The position numbers were made by a program, and so were the translations under genes. A DNA stretch of 64,000 nucleotides from an uncultured Actinomycetota bacterium (GTDB lineage: Bacteria; Actinomycetota; Actinomycetes; JAHEKZ01), in NCBI GenBank assembly GCA_963743915.1, contig CAVURN010000001.1:800001-864000 (forward strand). Direction: 5' to 3'. The notes beneath the pieces are model-generated. The model made no database searches. It was not told where the DNA came from and worked only from the letters and a program-made list of their open reading frames with translations. Positions 9,846 to 22,337 of the stretch are shown here, in pieces (within the stretch, counting starts at the first letter, position 1; each line of letters starts with the position of its first letter).

Positions 9846-12383
9846 ATGGCCTCGTCTTCCCCGCGGGGCGCGACCCGTTCGCGCCCGGCCGGCTCCGCCC
9901 GCACGAGCAGTTCGCGCGCGCGGTCGTCCAGCAGCCGTTCGACGTCTCGGTCGCGCTCCTCCTCGCAACGTTCACCGGGAACCCTGACCCGCCTGGTCCG
10001 GGCGGTGTGGCTGGCCCTCCGGGGACTCTGGCTCGCCGTCGCCCACCTGTTGGGCGCGGCGGCTCGCCGGATCGGGCGCGGCGCCCGCGACATCGACCCC
10101 GACCAGCGGCGGGACGGCATCGGCCTGCTGCTGCTCGCCGTGGCGCTGGTGGCCGCCGCCTCGCAGTGGTGGTCGCTGGACGGGCCGGTCGACACCTTCT
10201 CCGACGCGGTGATCATCGGCAGCGCCGGACGTCTCGCCTGGGCGGTGCCCCTGCTGCTGCTCGCGTTGTCGTGGTGGGTGCTGCGCCATCCGGCAGGTCA
10301 TGCCCCCACAGGACGCCTCGTCATCGGCTGGGCAGCCACGGTCGGCGGCACGCTGGGGATCGCCCACGCACTCGCCGGGACCCCACAGCCGGTCGAGGGG
10401 GCGACCGCCATGCGCGAGGGCGGAGGGTTCGTCGGCTTCCTGGTCGCGGCGCCGCTGGTCTCGGGGGTCACCGCCTGGATCGCCGTGCCCGTCATGGCGC
10501 TGCTCGTGGTGTTCGGCGTGCTCGTGCTCACCTCCACCCCCGTCCACCAGGTGCCCGAGCGGCTGGCCGTGCTGCGCGACCGACTGCTGCTGCGCCCACC
10601 GGCACCGGAGGTCATCGACCTCGTCGAGGACGACAGCCACGACTACCGCGCGCCCGCACCCGTGCGCCGCGGGTGGTGGGCCCGTCGCCGTGCGGCGCTG
10701 CACGTCCACGCACCGACCGGGCCCGAGGCTTTCGAGACCCCGCTGATCGCAGGCGAGGTCACGGACGACGACGAGCTCGAAGAGATCGACGGGGCCGACG
10801 AGCACGATTCCGTGGCCGTGGTCCCCGAGGCAGAACCGGCCGCGGTGGTCAACACGTCGTCGTCGACCCCGGACCCCTCCACCTTGCCGACTCGGGTGGA
10901 ACAGCTGCTCCTCGGCGGTGACATCACCTACACGCTGCCGGACCCGTCCCTTCTGCGCACGGGGACGCCGCACAAGGCGCGCAGCAAGGCGAACGACACC
11001 GTCGTGAATGCACTGACCGAGGTGCTCGACCAGTTCGGCATCGATGCGCGGGTCACCGGCTTCATGCGCGGGCCCACCGTGACGCGCTACGAGGTCGAGC
11101 TCGGGTCGGGTGTCAAGGTCGAGCGGGTCACGGCGTTGAGCAAGAACATCGCCTACGCCGTGGCCAGCGCCGACGTGCGGATCCTGTCGCCGATCCCCGG
11201 CAAGTCGGCGATCGGGATCGAGATCCCCAACACCGACCGCGAGGTCGTCAGCCTCGGCGACGTCATGCGTTCGACCGCGGCACGGAGCGACCACCACCCG
11301 ATGGTGGTCGGTCTGGGCAAGGACGTCGAGGGCGGCTACGTCTGTGCCAACCTCGCCAAGATGCCGCACGTCCTCGTTGCGGGCGCTACCGGCGCGGGCA
11401 AGAGCGGGTGCATGAACGCACTCATCACCAGTGTCCTGATGCGGGCCACGCCGGACGAGGTGCGCATGGTGCTCGTCGACCCCAAGCGCGTGGAGCTCAC
11501 GGTCTACGAAGGCATCCCGCACCTGATCACTCCGATCATCACCAGTCCCAAGAAGGCGGCAGACGCGCTGCAGTGGGTCGTGCGCGAGATGGAGATGCGC
11601 TACGACGACCTGGCGGCCTACGGCTTCCGGCACGTCGACGACTTCAACAAGGCGGTGCGCAGCGGAGCGGTGAAGCCACCACCCGGCAGCGAACGCGCCC
11701 TGCAGCCGTACCCGTACCTGCTCGTCGTGGTCGACGAGCTTGCCGACCTGATGATGGTGGCACCGCGTGACGTCGAGGACTCGATCGTGCGCATCACGCA
11801 GCTCGCGCGTGCAGCGGGGATCCATCTCGTGCTCGCGACGCAGCGGCCGAGCGTCGACGTCGTGACCGGGCTCATCAAGGCGAACGTCCCGAGTCGGCTC
11901 GCGTTCGCGACGTCTTCGTTGGCCGACAGCAGGGTCATCCTCGACCAGCCCGGTGCGGAGAAGCTCGTCGGGCAAGGTGACGCGTTGTTCCTTCCGATGG
12001 GGGCGAGCAAGCCGATGCGCGTCCAGGGCTCGTGGGTCACCGAGCAGGAGGTCGCCGCCGTCGTGGCGCACGTCAAGTCACAGCTGCAGCCGACCTACCG
12101 GGACGACGTGACGGCGGCTCCGGTCCGCAAGGAGATCGACGAGGACATCGGCGACGACCTCGACCTGCTGCTCAGCGCCACCGAGCTCGTGGTGTCGTCG
12201 CAGTTCGGCTCCACCTCGATGCTGCAACGCAAGCTGCGGGTGGGGTTCGCCAAGGCCGGACGCCTCATGGACCTCATGGAGAGCCGGGGCATCGTGGGCC
12301 CCTCGGAGGGCTCGAAGGCGCGGGACGTGCTGGTCAAGCCGGACGAGCTCGCCGCCGTCCTCACCACCCTCCGGGGCGAGTGA
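9846..12383 (+). CDS. ftsK: DNA translocase FtsK
   Basis: N-terminal TM helices, Walker [16 protein letters not shown], and the gamma domain [21 protein letters not shown]. Confidence 0.97.
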   Translation: MASSSPRGATRSRPAGSARTSSSRARSSSSRSTSRSRSSSQRSPGTLTRLVRAVWLALRGLWLAVAHLLGAAARRIGRGARDIDPDQRRDGIGLLLLAVALVAAASQWWSLDGPVDTFSDAVIIGSAGRLAWAVPLLLLALSWWVLRHPAGHAPTGRLVIGWAATVGGTLGIAHALAGTPQPVEGATAMREGGGFVGFLVAAPLVSGVTAWIAVPVMALLVVFGVLVLTSTPVHQVPERLAVLRDRLLLRPPAPEVIDLVEDDSHDYRAPAPVRRGWWARRRAALHVHAPTGPEAFETPLIAGEVTDDDELEEIDGADEHDSVAVVPEAEPAAVVNTSSSTPDPSTLPTRVEQLLLGGDITYTLPDPSLLRTGTPHKARSKANDTVVNALTEVLDQFGIDARVTGFMRGPTVTRYEVELGSGVKVERVTALSKNIAYAVASADVRILSPIPGKSAIGIEIPNTDREVVSLGDVMRSTAARSDHHPMVVGLGKDVEGGYVCANLAKMPHVLVAGATGAGKSGCMNALITSVLMRATPDEVRMVLVDPKRVELTVYEGIPHLITPIITSPKKAADALQWVVREMEMRYDDLAAYGFRHVDDFNKAVRSGAVKPPPGSERALQPYPYLLVVVDELADLMMVAPRDVEDSIVRITQLARAAGIHLVLATQRPSVDVVTGLIKANVPSRLAFATSSLADSRVILDQPGAEKLVGQGDALFLPMGASKPMRVQGSWVTEQEVAAVVAHVKSQLQPTYRDDVTAAPVRKEIDEDIGDDLDLLLSATELVVSSQFGSTSMLQRKLRVGFAKAGRLMDLMESRGIVGPSEGSKARDVLVKPDELAAVLTTLRGE

Positions 12384-12487
12384 CCCTCAGGAATTTCCGG
12401 CTTTTGTCGACATACCCCCTACGGACGTAGACTGGGTGTTTCCAGACGACGGTCGTCTACCGGCCCGCTCACGAGGGGAGGACGTCG

Positions 12488-13246
12488 GTGTCAATCGGTG
12501 CTGAAGTGACCGCGGCGCGCCACGAAGCCTCCCTGTCGTTGGCCGAGGTCAGCGAGCGGACGCGGGTCCGGTCCTCGGTGATCGAGGCGATCGAGGCCGA
12601 CGACTTCTCGCACTGCGGTGGGGACGTCTACGCGCGCGGGCACCTTCGCGCCATCGCCACCGCGGTCGGCGTCGACGGACAGCCGTGGGTCGACGAGTAC
12701 GACCGCACGTACGGCACGCCCGCGCCGAGCGCCACCGAGGTGTTCGAGGCCGAGTCGGTCGCACCGCGTCGCCGGACCGGCACGAACTGGAGCGCCTTGA
12801 TGGCGGCCGCCCTCGTCCTGGTGGTCGGGCTGGTGGTCGTCCAGCTCACGACCGGTGGCGACGACCCGGCGCGCACCCCGACGACGGTGGCCGAACCGGC
12901 ACCGAGCCCCACCGCCGAACCGTCCGGTGAGGGCGAGCCGAGCGACGATCCGACGCAGGTCGCTCAGCTGCCCCCCGACGAGGTCACCCTGCGCATGACG
13001 GCGCTCCCGAACCGGCTCAGCTGGGTCAGCGTCACAGGCTCGGACGACACCGTCCTCTTCGAGGGCAACATCGGTGACGGGCAGTCGAAGACCTTCCGGG
13101 ACGACAAGAGGATCAGTGTGGTCACCGGATGCGCATCGTCCGTCGAGCTGACGGTCAACGGTCAGGACGTCGGCAGTCCCGGCGACACCTGCGGCCCGGT
13201 GACCGTGCGTTTCACCCCCGATGACCCGGCTGGGGCTGCAGGCTGA
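12488..13246 (+). CDS. RodZ-like HTH/TM/DUF4115 protein
   Basis: XRE-like HTH with [10 protein letters not shown], one TM helix, and a C-terminal SWVSV...VELTVNG domain. Lies between ftsK and rimO. Confidence 0.88.
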   Translation: MSIGAEVTAARHEASLSLAEVSERTRVRSSVIEAIEADDFSHCGGDVYARGHLRAIATAVGVDGQPWVDEYDRTYGTPAPSATEVFEAESVAPRRRTGTNWSALMAAALVLVVGLVVVQLTTGGDDPARTPTTVAEPAPSPTAEPSGEGEPSDDPTQVAQLPPDEVTLRMTALPNRLSWVSVTGSDDTVLFEGNIGDGQSKTFRDDKRISVVTGCASSVELTVNGQDVGSPGDTCGPVTVRFTPDDPAGAAG

Positions 13247-13247
13247 C

Positions 13248-14627
13248 GTGACACCTCGGGTGTCCTTGGTGACCTTGGGCTGCGCCCGCAACGAAGTCGA
13301 CTCCGAAGAGCTCGCCGCGCGCCTCGAAGGTGCCGGTCTCGCGCTGGTCGACGAGCCATCCGATGCCGACGTCGTGGTGGTCAACACCTGCGGATTCGTG
13401 GCGTCGGCCAAGAAGGACTCGATCGACACCATGCTCGCGGCCGCCGACCTCAAGGCGACCGGCGGACCGCAGGCGGTGGTGGCAGTGGGGTGCCTGGCCG
13501 AGCGCTACGGCGGCGAGCTGGCCGACGAGCTGACCGAGGTCGATGCCGTCCTCGGATTCGACGACTACCCGCAGATCGCGGCCCGCGTGCGCTCCGTCCT
13601 GGCGGGCGAGCGTCCGACACCGCCAGTGCCGCAGGACCGGCGACTGCTGCTTCCGCTCGCCCCCGCGGACCGCACTGACGTCAGTACGCGCCGGGGTCCC
13701 GCGTCCGGCCCCCGGCTCGAGCGGCGCCGTCTCGACCGCAGCCCCGTCGCCCCGTTGAAGATCGCCTCGGGGTGCGACCGCCGCTGCTCGTTCTGCGCGA
13801 TTCCCAGCTTTCGGGGGGCCTTCGTCTCCCGGAACCCGGATGACGTGGTGGCCGAGGGACAGTGGTTGGCCGAGCGCGGCGTCAGCGAGCTCTTCCTCGT
13901 CAGCGAGAACTCGACGTCGTACGGCAAGGACCTCGGCGACCTCCGAGCGCTCGAGGCCATGCTGCCCCGGCTGACCGCGATCGACGGGGTGGAGCGGGTC
14001 CGCGTCAGCTACCTGCAGCCGGCCGAGGTCCGCCCCGGCCTGATCGAGACGATGACCGGCACCGACGGTGTCGCGGCCTACTTCGACCTGTCTTTCCAGC
14101 ACGCCAGCGGTCCGCTGTTGCGGCGCATGCGCCGGTTCGGCGACGCGCCTGCCTTCCTCGACCTCATCGGCACCATCCGGGAGCGCGCACCGCACGCGGG
14201 CATCCGGTCCAACGTGATCGTGGGTTTTCCGGGGGAGACCGACGCCGACGTCGCCGTGCTCACCGACTTTCTCACCGAGGCCCGGCTCGACGTCGTGGGC
14301 GTGTTCGGGTACTCCGACGAGGACGGCACCGAGGCGGAGGAGTTGTCCGGACATCTTCCCGAGGACGAGGTCGAAGCGCGTCGTCGCCACGTGCAGGACG
14401 TCGTCGAGCTCCTCGTCGACCAGCGCGCGGCCGATCGGGTCGGTGAGCAGGTCCGCGTGCTCGTCGAGGAGCAGGTGGACGGCGCGGCCGTGGGTCGCGC
14501 GGAGCACCAGGGTCCGGAGGTCGACGGCGTGGTCACCCTGCCCGGGTGTGACGCGGTGGCAGGTGCCTGGGTGGACGCGCGCGTCGTGGCGTCCGACGGT
14601 GTCGACCTGGTGGCGCGTACGACGTGA
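13248..14627 (+). CDS. rimO: Ribosomal protein S12 methylthiotransferase
   Basis: [17 protein letters not shown], radical-SAM CDRRCSFC, and C-terminal GPEVDG. Confidence 0.95.
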   Translation: MTPRVSLVTLGCARNEVDSEELAARLEGAGLALVDEPSDADVVVVNTCGFVASAKKDSIDTMLAAADLKATGGPQAVVAVGCLAERYGGELADELTEVDAVLGFDDYPQIAARVRSVLAGERPTPPVPQDRRLLLPLAPADRTDVSTRRGPASGPRLERRRLDRSPVAPLKIASGCDRRCSFCAIPSFRGAFVSRNPDDVVAEGQWLAERGVSELFLVSENSTSYGKDLGDLRALEAMLPRLTAIDGVERVRVSYLQPAEVRPGLIETMTGTDGVAAYFDLSFQHASGPLLRRMRRFGDAPAFLDLIGTIRERAPHAGIRSNVIVGFPGETDADVAVLTDFLTEARLDVVGVFGYSDEDGTEAEELSGHLPEDEVEARRRHVQDVVELLVDQRAADRVGEQVRVLVEEQVDGAAVGRAEHQGPEVDGVVTLPGCDAVAGAWVDARVVASDGVDLVARTT

Positions 14628-15214
14628 GCACCGAACCGGTCCCGACCGAGGCCCCCTCGTCCTGGAACCTGCCCAACGCGTTGACCATGGGCCGGCTGCT
14701 CCTGGTGCCCGTCTTCGTGGTGGTCGGCTGGGTCGGGTACTCCCGGCCCGATGCCGGCTGGCAGGCGTGGGCCGCCCTGGTGTTCCTGGTGGCGGCGGTC
14801 ACCGACTTCATCGACGGTGAGCTCGCACGACGGACCGGCCAGGTCACCTCGGTCGGCAAGATCCTCGATCCCATCGCCGACAAGGCGCTGACCGGCTCGG
14901 CGCTCGTGCTGCTCTCGTGGTTCGACATGCTGCCGTGGTGGGTGACGGTCGTCGTCCTCGGCCGCGAGATCGGCGTGACACTGCTGCGCTTCTGGGTGAT
15001 CCGGCACGGCGTGATGGCAGCCAGCCGCGGCGGCAAGCTCAAGACCGCCCTGCAGATCCTGGCGATCACGCTGTTCCTGCTGCCGCTGGCGTCCGGAGGG
15101 CGCGCAGTCGCCGAGTGGGTCATGGCGGCTGCCGTGGTGGTCACTCTCGTGACCGGTGTCGACTACGTTGTGCGCGCCCTCGCACTGCGCAAGCAGGGGA
15201 GAGCTCATGAGTGA
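14624..15214 (+). CDS. pgsA: CDP-diacylglycerol--glycerol-3-phosphate 3-phosphatidyltransferase
   Basis: NLPNALT and the [10 protein letters not shown]...[13 protein letters not shown]-alcohol phosphotransferase motif. Confidence 0.94.
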   Translation: MSTEPVPTEAPSSWNLPNALTMGRLLLVPVFVVVGWVGYSRPDAGWQAWAALVFLVAAVTDFIDGELARRTGQVTSVGKILDPIADKALTGSALVLLSWFDMLPWWVTVVVLGREIGVTLLRFWVIRHGVMAASRGGKLKTALQILAITLFLLPLASGGRAVAEWVMAAAVVVTLVTGVDYVVRALALRKQGRAHE

Positions 15215-15677
15215 GAACGCAGCCCGCGCGGTGGCGGCCCTCACCCGCGTCGGGGGGTCGGTGGCGGTTGCCGAGTCGCTCACCGGGGGCCTGGTGCTGG
15301 CGGCGCTGACCGAAGGGCCAGGTGCGTCGGCGTCGGTCCGCGGAGGCACAGTGGTCTACGCGACCGACACCAAGCACACCGTCCTGGGCGTCGATGCGGG
15401 ACTGCTGGACGAGTGTGGGCCGGTCGACCCTGACGTTGCTGCCGCCATGGCCCGGCGCGTGCGGGCGCTGTTCGACGCCGAGATCGGTCTGGCGACCACC
15501 GGCGTGGCCGGGCCCGAGCCCCAGGACGGCCATCCGGTGGGCGAGGTCTACGTGGCGCTTGCCGACGCCAGCGGTGTCCGCGTCGAGTCGCTCCGCTTGG
15601 ACGGTGAGCGGATCGCCATCCAGAGGGCCACGGTCGAGGCTGTCGTGCAGCTGCTGCTGGACCGCCTGGGGGCGTGA
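15207..15677 (+). CDS. cinA: CinA C-terminal domain protein (NMN deamidase, PncC-like)
   Basis: AESLTGG, GAS, and TTGVAGP motifs. Confidence 0.9.
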   Translation: MSENAARAVAALTRVGGSVAVAESLTGGLVLAALTEGPGASASVRGGTVVYATDTKHTVLGVDAGLLDECGPVDPDVAAAMARRVRALFDAEIGLATTGVAGPEPQDGHPVGEVYVALADASGVRVESLRLDGERIAIQRATVEAVVQLLLDRLGA

Positions 15678-15798
15678 CAGCCGCATTCCGCCTGGAGGTG
15701 GCCTCCCTGGCCCTCGGCAGGGAAGCCCCCGATGCTCGGCAGGGTTACACTGGAGAACCCAGCAGGGAGCCAGGGGAGACCGAAGCGGAGGACCGCCG

Positions 15799-16131
15799 AT
15801 GATCGTGCTGCGTCAGCACCTCGGCGACGAGCTGCGCCGCCAGCGGCAGAGCCAGGGACGCACGCTGCGTCAGGTCTCCGCCGCCGCTCGGGTCTCGCTC
15901 GGGTACCTCTCGGAGATCGAGCGCGGCCAGAAGGAGGCCAGCAGCGAGCTGCTGGCCTCGATCTGCGGTGCCCTCGAGCTCCCGCTCAGCCAGCTGCTGC
16001 GCCACGTCAGCGACGACATCGCGCTCGCCGAGCTGGCCACGGCCCCGCCGGTGGCTCCCCGCGACCGCTCCGACGACGACGGCTCCGGTGATGCCGACCG
16101 TTCCGGTGCCGGCGTGCCCGCCGCCGTCTGA
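15799..16131 (+). CDS. clgR: ClgR-like XRE transcriptional regulator
   Basis: [31 protein letters not shown], located after cinA. GGAGG RBS. Confidence 0.88.
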   Translation: MIVLRQHLGDELRRQRQSQGRTLRQVSAAARVSLGYLSEIERGQKEASSELLASICGALELPLSQLLRHVSDDIALAELATAPPVAPRDRSDDDGSGDADRSGAGVPAAV

Positions 16132-16132
16132 C

Positions 16133-16612
16133 GTGCGGACCACTACTGCTCCACCGACGGTCGCACGCGCGCGGGCGGGCAATGCCATGGACCGCGCCCG
16201 GTCGCAGATCCTCGCCGCCGCCGGCAGCCTGGTCGCCGAGGCCGGACTGCGCGGAGTCACGATGGCCGCGCTCGCCCGACGCGCCCGGGTGGCCAAGGCG
16301 ACCGTCTACAACCATTTCCGTGACCGCGACGAGGTGCTGCGCGCGCTGATGCGCGGCGAACGCGATGCCCTGCTGGCGCACTGCGCCGAGCATCCACGAG
16401 GGGAGCGCCTCGAGGCGGCTGCCCGATGGATCGCCGAGCACCCCGTGCTCGCCGGCCTGCGCTCTCACGACCCCGCGGTGGTGATCGGTCTGGCGAACGC
16501 GGCCGTCCACGATCCGCAGGTCGCCGAGCAGGTGGCGGCCTGGGCCGGGCCCTCTCGGGACACCGACGCCAGCACCCGGTGGCTGGTCTCCTTCGCCGTC
16601 ACGTCGCGGTGA
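16133..16612 (+). CDS. TetR-family regulator
   Basis: VTMAALARRARVAKATVYNHF HTH. An alternative ATG lies at 16187. Confidence 0.85.
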   Translation: MRTTTAPPTVARARAGNAMDRARSQILAAAGSLVAEAGLRGVTMAALARRARVAKATVYNHFRDRDEVLRALMRGERDALLAHCAEHPRGERLEAAARWIAEHPVLAGLRSHDPAVVIGLANAAVHDPQVAEQVAAWAGPSRDTDASTRWLVSFAVTSR

Positions 16613-16629
16613 CAGCCGAGCCGCACTGA

Positions 16630-16682
16630 CGTCCACCAGCTCCGCACTCGATGGGTCTGGGCGTCCACCAGCTCCGCACTCG
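16630..16682. repeat. 21-bp direct repeat, two copies
   Basis: CGTCCACCAGCTCCGCACTCG at 16630-16650 and 16662-16682. Confidence 0.85.
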
Positions 16683-16694
16683 GCGGGCCTTGGG

Positions 16695-19600
16695 TCAGCG
16701 GGGAGATCGGAGGCGCAGGCCGCGTGGGGTGGTGGCGAATCCCGCATCCGCCAGCAGGTCTCGCCACGGGGTGCCGTGCACCGGCTCGCCGTCGACCTTC
16801 TCGAGCATGACCGCCGGACGCCGGCCGCTGCGCACAGCCTCGACCACGGCGGAGACGGCCGCGGCGGCCCGTGGGTCGGACGCCGGCACCCAGCTGAGCA
16901 GGGACCGGCCCCCGCGTTCGAGGTACAGCACCAGGCCCTGCCCGTCCACGACCACGCTCGCGCCGACGGCCCGGCCAGGGCGGTGCGTGCCGGAGGCTGC
17001 GGGCCAGGGGAGCGCCGCGCCGAAGGGGTTGGCCGGGTCGGTGGCGGCCAGCACCAGGGCCGCACCGGTGTCGTCGACGGCACGCAGGCGGTCCACCGCA
17101 TCACCGGCCGCGAACTGGGCCGCCCCCAGGCCCTCGACGAAGTAGCCGCGCCGGACTCGGCCCGCCTCCTCCATCGTGGCGAGTACCCGGTACACGGCCG
17201 CGAACCCTCCGGGCACGCCCTCCTCGGCCACCGCACCACGGGTGACGACGCCGTGCCGTGACAGCAGTGCCTCTGCCGTGGCGTGCCCGCGCAGCGTAGG
17301 CGACTCCCGGAACTCGGGCAGGCGGGTCCAGCGGCCCGGCATCAAGGTCTGGCTCCGTGGGGCGATCGCGCGTCCGCCCAACCCGGGTCGAGGACGGTTC
17401 GGGTACCGACCCGACGGTGGCCTGACACGTCGCGACGTCGGCCGACCGGACGCCGCGACCCGGGCCCGCACCGCCGCCAGCGTGTCGTTCGTCAGCATCC
17501 CCGCCCAGACGAGGTCCCAAAGACCGGTGTCCACGGCGTCGGCTCCGAGCCCCGATCCCTCCAGCGCCTGCTCGACCTGGCGGGTGAGCAGAGCCGTTCC
17601 GTCCTGCAGCAGGTCGAGCAGCGCCGAGTGCGCGGGTGTGGGATCGGTGAGGGGCGTCGGGTCTGGGAGCAATGCAGATGCCCGGTCGACCGGCACGAAC
17701 CCCAGCCACCCGTCCCCCCGGGGGAGAGCACCGGCCCCGTACCAGAGCACCTCACCGGACGCGGTCAGCTCGTCGAGCAGCTCAGGCCGGTAGTCGACCA
17801 CCCGGGAGGGCAGGATGCTGCGCTCCCACTCCGAGGCGGGAGCGGCACGGCCGGCCAGCTGGTCGAGGACGCTCAGCACCCCGTCGACGCCGCGCAGCGA
17901 ACGCGTGACCTCCTGCCACTGAGGCAGGAACCCGCAGAGCCGCTCGGCGGGAACCGGCTCGACGCTGCGCTGGACCAGCGCCAGGCTGGCCCGGCGGATC
18001 TGACGCAGGACGTCGCTGTCGCACCACTCGCTGCCGACGCGTCCAGGGCGGAAGGCGCCCCGCACGAGCCGTCCTTGCGCCGCGAGCCGCTCGAGGGTGC
18101 CGGTGACGACGGCGGGCCCGAGCCCGAGGGCCGCCGCAGCCTCGGCGGTGTCGAACGGACCGTGGGTGCGGGCGAACCTGCTGAGGAGGTCGCCGAGCGG
18201 GTCGGCGACCGCCTCGGCGAAGGCACCGGAGACGCCGGCAGGGAGCGGGATCCCCAGGGCGTCCCGTAGCCGACCGAGGTCCTCGACGGCCACCCAGCGC
18301 TCGCCGGGAGGCAGGCGGAGGCGGACGGCCCGACGTTGCTCGGCCAGCTGCTCGGCCCAGCCCACCTCGCCCCCGCGTTCGAGCAGGTCGGCGTCGGAGA
18401 GGGGTCCGAGGACGCGGAGAGCGTCGGCGACGGACTCGGCGTCCCGCAGCCGGCGCTCGTCGGTGAGCCAGCGGACGCGACGTTCGACGGCGGTGATGGC
18501 TTCTGGCTCGAGCAGCTCACGCAGCTCGGCCTGGCCGAGCAGCTCGGCGAGCAGCGTGGTGTCGACGGTGAGGGCCGCGGCGCGCCGCTCGGCCAGGGGT
18601 GCGTCCCCCTCGTAGAGAAAGGCGCCCACGTACGAGAAGAGCAACGAGCCGGCGAACGGTGACGGCCGGGGCGTCTCGACGTCGACGACCCGGACGCGTC
18701 CGGAGGCGAGGTCGGACTGCAGCGCCTGCAGCCCGGGAACGTCGAAGACGTCCTGCAGGCACTCACGCATCGTCTCCAGGACGATGGGGAACGTCGGATG
18801 ACCGCTCGCCACCCCGAGCAGCTGCGCCGACCGCTGACGCTGCTGCCAGAGCGGCGTGCGCCGGTCGGGCCGACGTCGGGGAAGCAGCAGCGCCCGGGCG
18901 GCGCACTCGCGGAATCGTGCCGCGAAGAGCGCCGACCCCCACACAGCGTCGGTGACCAGCCGCTCCACGTCGTCGGGGTCGATCAGCAGGTGCTCGACGA
19001 CGTCGGGCACTGCGTCGTCGCCGAGGTCTGGCATGCGGAGCACGATCCCGTCGTCGGACGGCATCACCTGCACGTCCATGTCGAGCGTGTCGCGCAGCCG
19101 GGCGGCGACGACCATCGCCCACGGGGTGTTGACGCGGCCTCCGAAGACGGAGTGCACGACGAGACGCCAGTCGCCGATCTCGTCGCGGAAGCGTTCGACG
19201 ACGACGGTGCGGTCGTCCGGGACGTGCCCGGTGGCGGCCGCCTGTTCGGCGAGGTAGGCGACGGCGTTGTCGGCAGCCCGCGGATCGAGGCCGTCGGCGG
19301 CCAACAGGGCACGCGCGTCGTCCTCGGACCGACCGCGCAGCTGACGCAGCGCGGCACCGACGGCGATCCCGAGCTCGCGCGGGCGTCCGATCGCGTCGCC
19401 GTGCCAGAAGGGGAGCTTGCCGGCCCGCCCCGGCGCCGGCACGACGAGGACACGGTCGTGGGTGATGTCCACGATCTGCCAGGAGGTGGAGCCCAGCGCG
19501 AACACGTCGCCGATGCGCGACTCGTAGACCATCTCCTCGTCCAGCTCACCGACCCGGCGTCCGGGGCCTTCGCCGTCCGCGAGGAAGACCCCGTAGAGGC

Positions 19601-21205
19601 CACGGTCGGGGATGGTTCCCCCGTTGATGACCGCCACCCGGTGCGTTCCCGGGCGCGCGGACAGGGTGGAGGTCTCGCGGTCCCAGACCAGTCGGGGCTT
19701 GAGCTCGGCGAAGGCGTCGGACGGGTAGCGCCCGGCGAGCATGTCGAGCACCGCCTCGAGGGCGGAGTCGGGGAGCGTCCGGAAGGGGTCGGCGCGGCGG
19801 ACGAGCCTGGCGAGGTCAGCAACCCGCCAGTCATCCATCGCGACCATGGCGACGATCTGCTGCGCCAGCACGTCGAGCGGGTTGCGCGGCACCGCCAGCG
19901 CCTCGATCTCACCGGACCGCATGCGCTGCACCGTGACCGCCGTGGGGACGAGGTCGCCTCGGTGCTTCGGGAACACGACGCCGCGGGAGACGCCGTCGAC
20001 GTGGTGCCCCGCACGTCCGATCCGCTGCAGCCCACTGGCGACCGACGGCGGCGCCTCCACCTGCACGACGAGATCGACCGCACCCATGTCGATGCCGAGC
20101 TCGAGGCTGCTGGTGGCCACGACCGCAGGGAGCAGCCCGCCCTTGAGGTCCTCCTCGATCTGGAGCCGCTGCTCGCGGGAGACCGACCCGTGATGGGCAC
20201 GGGCGATCACGTGCGTCTCCGCCACCGGCAGGGTCGCGCCGGCCTGCGCCATGACCTGGGCCGGCGCGTCGGCCGAGGGAGGGAGCCGAGCTCACGTCGC
20301 GCCGCCTCCTCGTTGAGCCGGGCTGCGAGCCGCTCCGTCAGGCGTCGCGAGTTGGCGAACACGATCGTCGACCGGTGCTCGGCGACGAGGTCGACGATGT
20401 GCGACTCGACGTGCGGCCAGATCGACGGGGCGCTCGCGGGCGGACCTTCACCCAGGTCGGTGTCGGCCGCATCACCGAGTGCGCCGAGGTCCTCGACGGG
20501 GACCACGACCGAGAGGTCGAGCTCCTTGTGCGAGGGCGGCTGCACGACGGTGACGTCCTGCGCCCCGCCGAGGAAGGAGGCCACGACGTCGGTGGGTCGC
20601 ACCGTCGCCGACAGCCCGATCCGCTGCGCAGGGCGGTCGAGCAGGGCGTCCAGGCGCTCGAGCGAGAGCGCGAGGTGGGCCCCGCGCTTGGTGCCTGCGA
20701 CGGCATGAACCTCGTCCACGATCACGGTCGCGACCGTGCGCAGGGTGTCCCGCGCCCTCGAGGTCAGCAGCAGGTAGAGCGACTCGGGCGTGGTGATGAG
20801 GATGTCGCCGGGGTGACGAAGCTGGCGCTGCCGCTCACCGGCAGGGGTGTCGCCCGAGCGCAGGGCCACGGAGATGTCCGGCGCGCGCTGGCCGGCTGCG
20901 TCATAGGCGTTGCGGATGCCCGTGAGCGGCGCCCGCAGGTTGCGCTCGACGTCGACGGCGAGCGCCTTGAGAGGGGAGACGTACAGCACCTGGGTGCCCG
21001 TCCCGGTCGTTGACGCCGCGAGCCGGTCGAGGGCCCACAGGAACGCCGCGAGCGTCTTTCCCGATCCCGTCGGTGCCACCACCAGCGTGTGGCGGCCGCT
21101 GCTGATCGCCTGCCACGCGGCATCCTGGGCAGGAGTGGGGGAGGCGAAGACCGTCTCGAACCACTGCCGGGTCTGCGGCGAGAACGAGGCGAGGGGTGCG
21201 GGCAC
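16695..21205 (-). CDS. lhr: Large ATP-dependent helicase Lhr (frameshifted near 20250-20300)
   Basis: APTGSGKT, SPLKAL, DEVH and LSAT in the 5' ORF. ATSSLELGIDMG, QRIGRAGH, GTIPDRG and ATDPANPFG in the 3' ORF. Confidence 0.93.
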
Positions 21206-21211
21206 CCACCC

Positions 21212-21233
21212 ATCTTGGTCGGTGCCACCGACG
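21212..21233 (-). promoter_or_regulatory. RecA-NDp/PafBC-like promoter of lhr
   Basis: Minus strand reads CGTCGGTG-N8-CAAGAT, 6 nt before the lhr GTG. It is an imperfect match to tTGTCRgtg-N8-TAnnnT. Confidence 0.5.
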
Positions 21234-21287
21234 CCGTCACCGGCGTGGCCCCTTGTGCCCAGCGCCCCGGCACGGATGAATGGCCCG

Positions 21288-22121
21288 ATGACCTCACCAC
21301 ACGCCGTCCGGCGGGCCCGGACCGCCTCCCTGACCCTGCTCGCCGTCGTCGCGATGGTGGTGCTCTCGGGCTGCTTCAAGCTCGACATGGAGCTCGAGCT
21401 CGCCTCCGACGACACGGTCGACGGCTCGATCATCGTGGCGGCGCAGCGCAGCTTCGCCGAGCTCGCCGGTGGCGAGGACGCGCTGCGCGAGAGTCTCTCC
21501 CAGGACGGCAGCGGACTGGTCGGTGGGCAGCCGGAGTCCGGCTCGGTGGAGACCAAGGACTACGAGGACGACGACTGGATCGGCGTCGAGTACGTGGTCG
21601 AGGACGTGCCGCTGGACGAGTTCGGCGGGACCGACTCCGGGGACCTGTCCATCACGCGGGAGGGTGACGAGTTCGTCGTCGCGGGCACCATGGACCTGTC
21701 CGGCGGGGTCTCCGACGATCCCGCCGCGAACGCGATGCTGGACGAGGCCGAGATCGAGATCTCGATCACCTTCCCCGGTGAGATCGTCAGCAGCAACGGC
21801 GAGGAGGACGGCAACACGGTGACGTGGACCCCGGTTGCCGGCGAGACGCTCGAGGTCAACGCTGTGGGCAAGGCCGAGGGAGGACCTCCCTGGGCGCTCA
21901 TCGGGGCGGCGCTCGCCGTCCTCGCGCTGGTGGTCGTCGGTGTGGTGCTCTTCGTGGTCGTCCGCGGACGGCAGTCCGCCCCGGCGGTTGCTCAACCCCT
22001 GGGTGACGGGAGCATCGTTCCCGGGGACGGCGCGGCGGTGCCACCCGGTGACGTCGCACCCCCGTCCGCCGGCGAGCCACCTGCCGCGCCGCCGGCCCCT
22101 CCCACTCCTCCCTCTGCCTGA
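21288..22121 (+). CDS. LppM/DUF3153-like lipoprotein with C-terminal TM helix
   Basis: Lipobox LSGC, DDTVDG, ITFPGEIVSSNG...VTW, then a TM helix and Pro-rich tail. Confidence 0.8.
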   Translation: MTSPHAVRRARTASLTLLAVVAMVVLSGCFKLDMELELASDDTVDGSIIVAAQRSFAELAGGEDALRESLSQDGSGLVGGQPESGSVETKDYEDDDWIGVEYVVEDVPLDEFGGTDSGDLSITREGDEFVVAGTMDLSGGVSDDPAANAMLDEAEIEISITFPGEIVSSNGEEDGNTVTWTPVAGETLEVNAVGKAEGGPPWALIGAALAVLALVVVGVVLFVVVRGRQSAPAVAQPLGDGSIVPGDGAAVPPGDVAPPSAGEPPAAPPAPPTPPSA

Positions 22122-22142
22122 GCGGGCCTTAGAGTCGGAGCC

Positions 22143-22337
22143 GTGCGGCTGAGCGACTTCTGGGAGCGGATGGAGCACCACCTCGGTGCGGCGTACGCCC
22201 GCAGCTACGCACGCGACCACGTCCTGGCTGACCTCGAGGGACGCACCGTCGAACAGGCGCTGACCGACGGTGAGGACGCGACGCGCGTCTGGCGTGCCGT
22301 GGTCGCGGCGCTCGAGCTCCCGGCGAAGTTCCGGTGA
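22143..22337 (+). CDS. DUF3046 protein
   Basis: MRLSDFWERM...DHVLADLEGRTVEQAL...VWRAV. This family typically lies upstream of recA. Confidence 0.9.
   Translation: MRLSDFWERMEHHLGAAYARSYARDHVLADLEGRTVEQALTDGEDATRVWRAVVAALELPAKFR

Noticed and set aside
9972-12071. Long antisense ORFs opposite ftsK (also opposite lhr, recA, miaB and nrdJ)
   Set aside because: Typical high-GC shadow ORFs with no recognisable motifs.
16630-16682. CRISPR array
   Set aside because: Only two repeats, an 11-bp spacer, and no cas genes.
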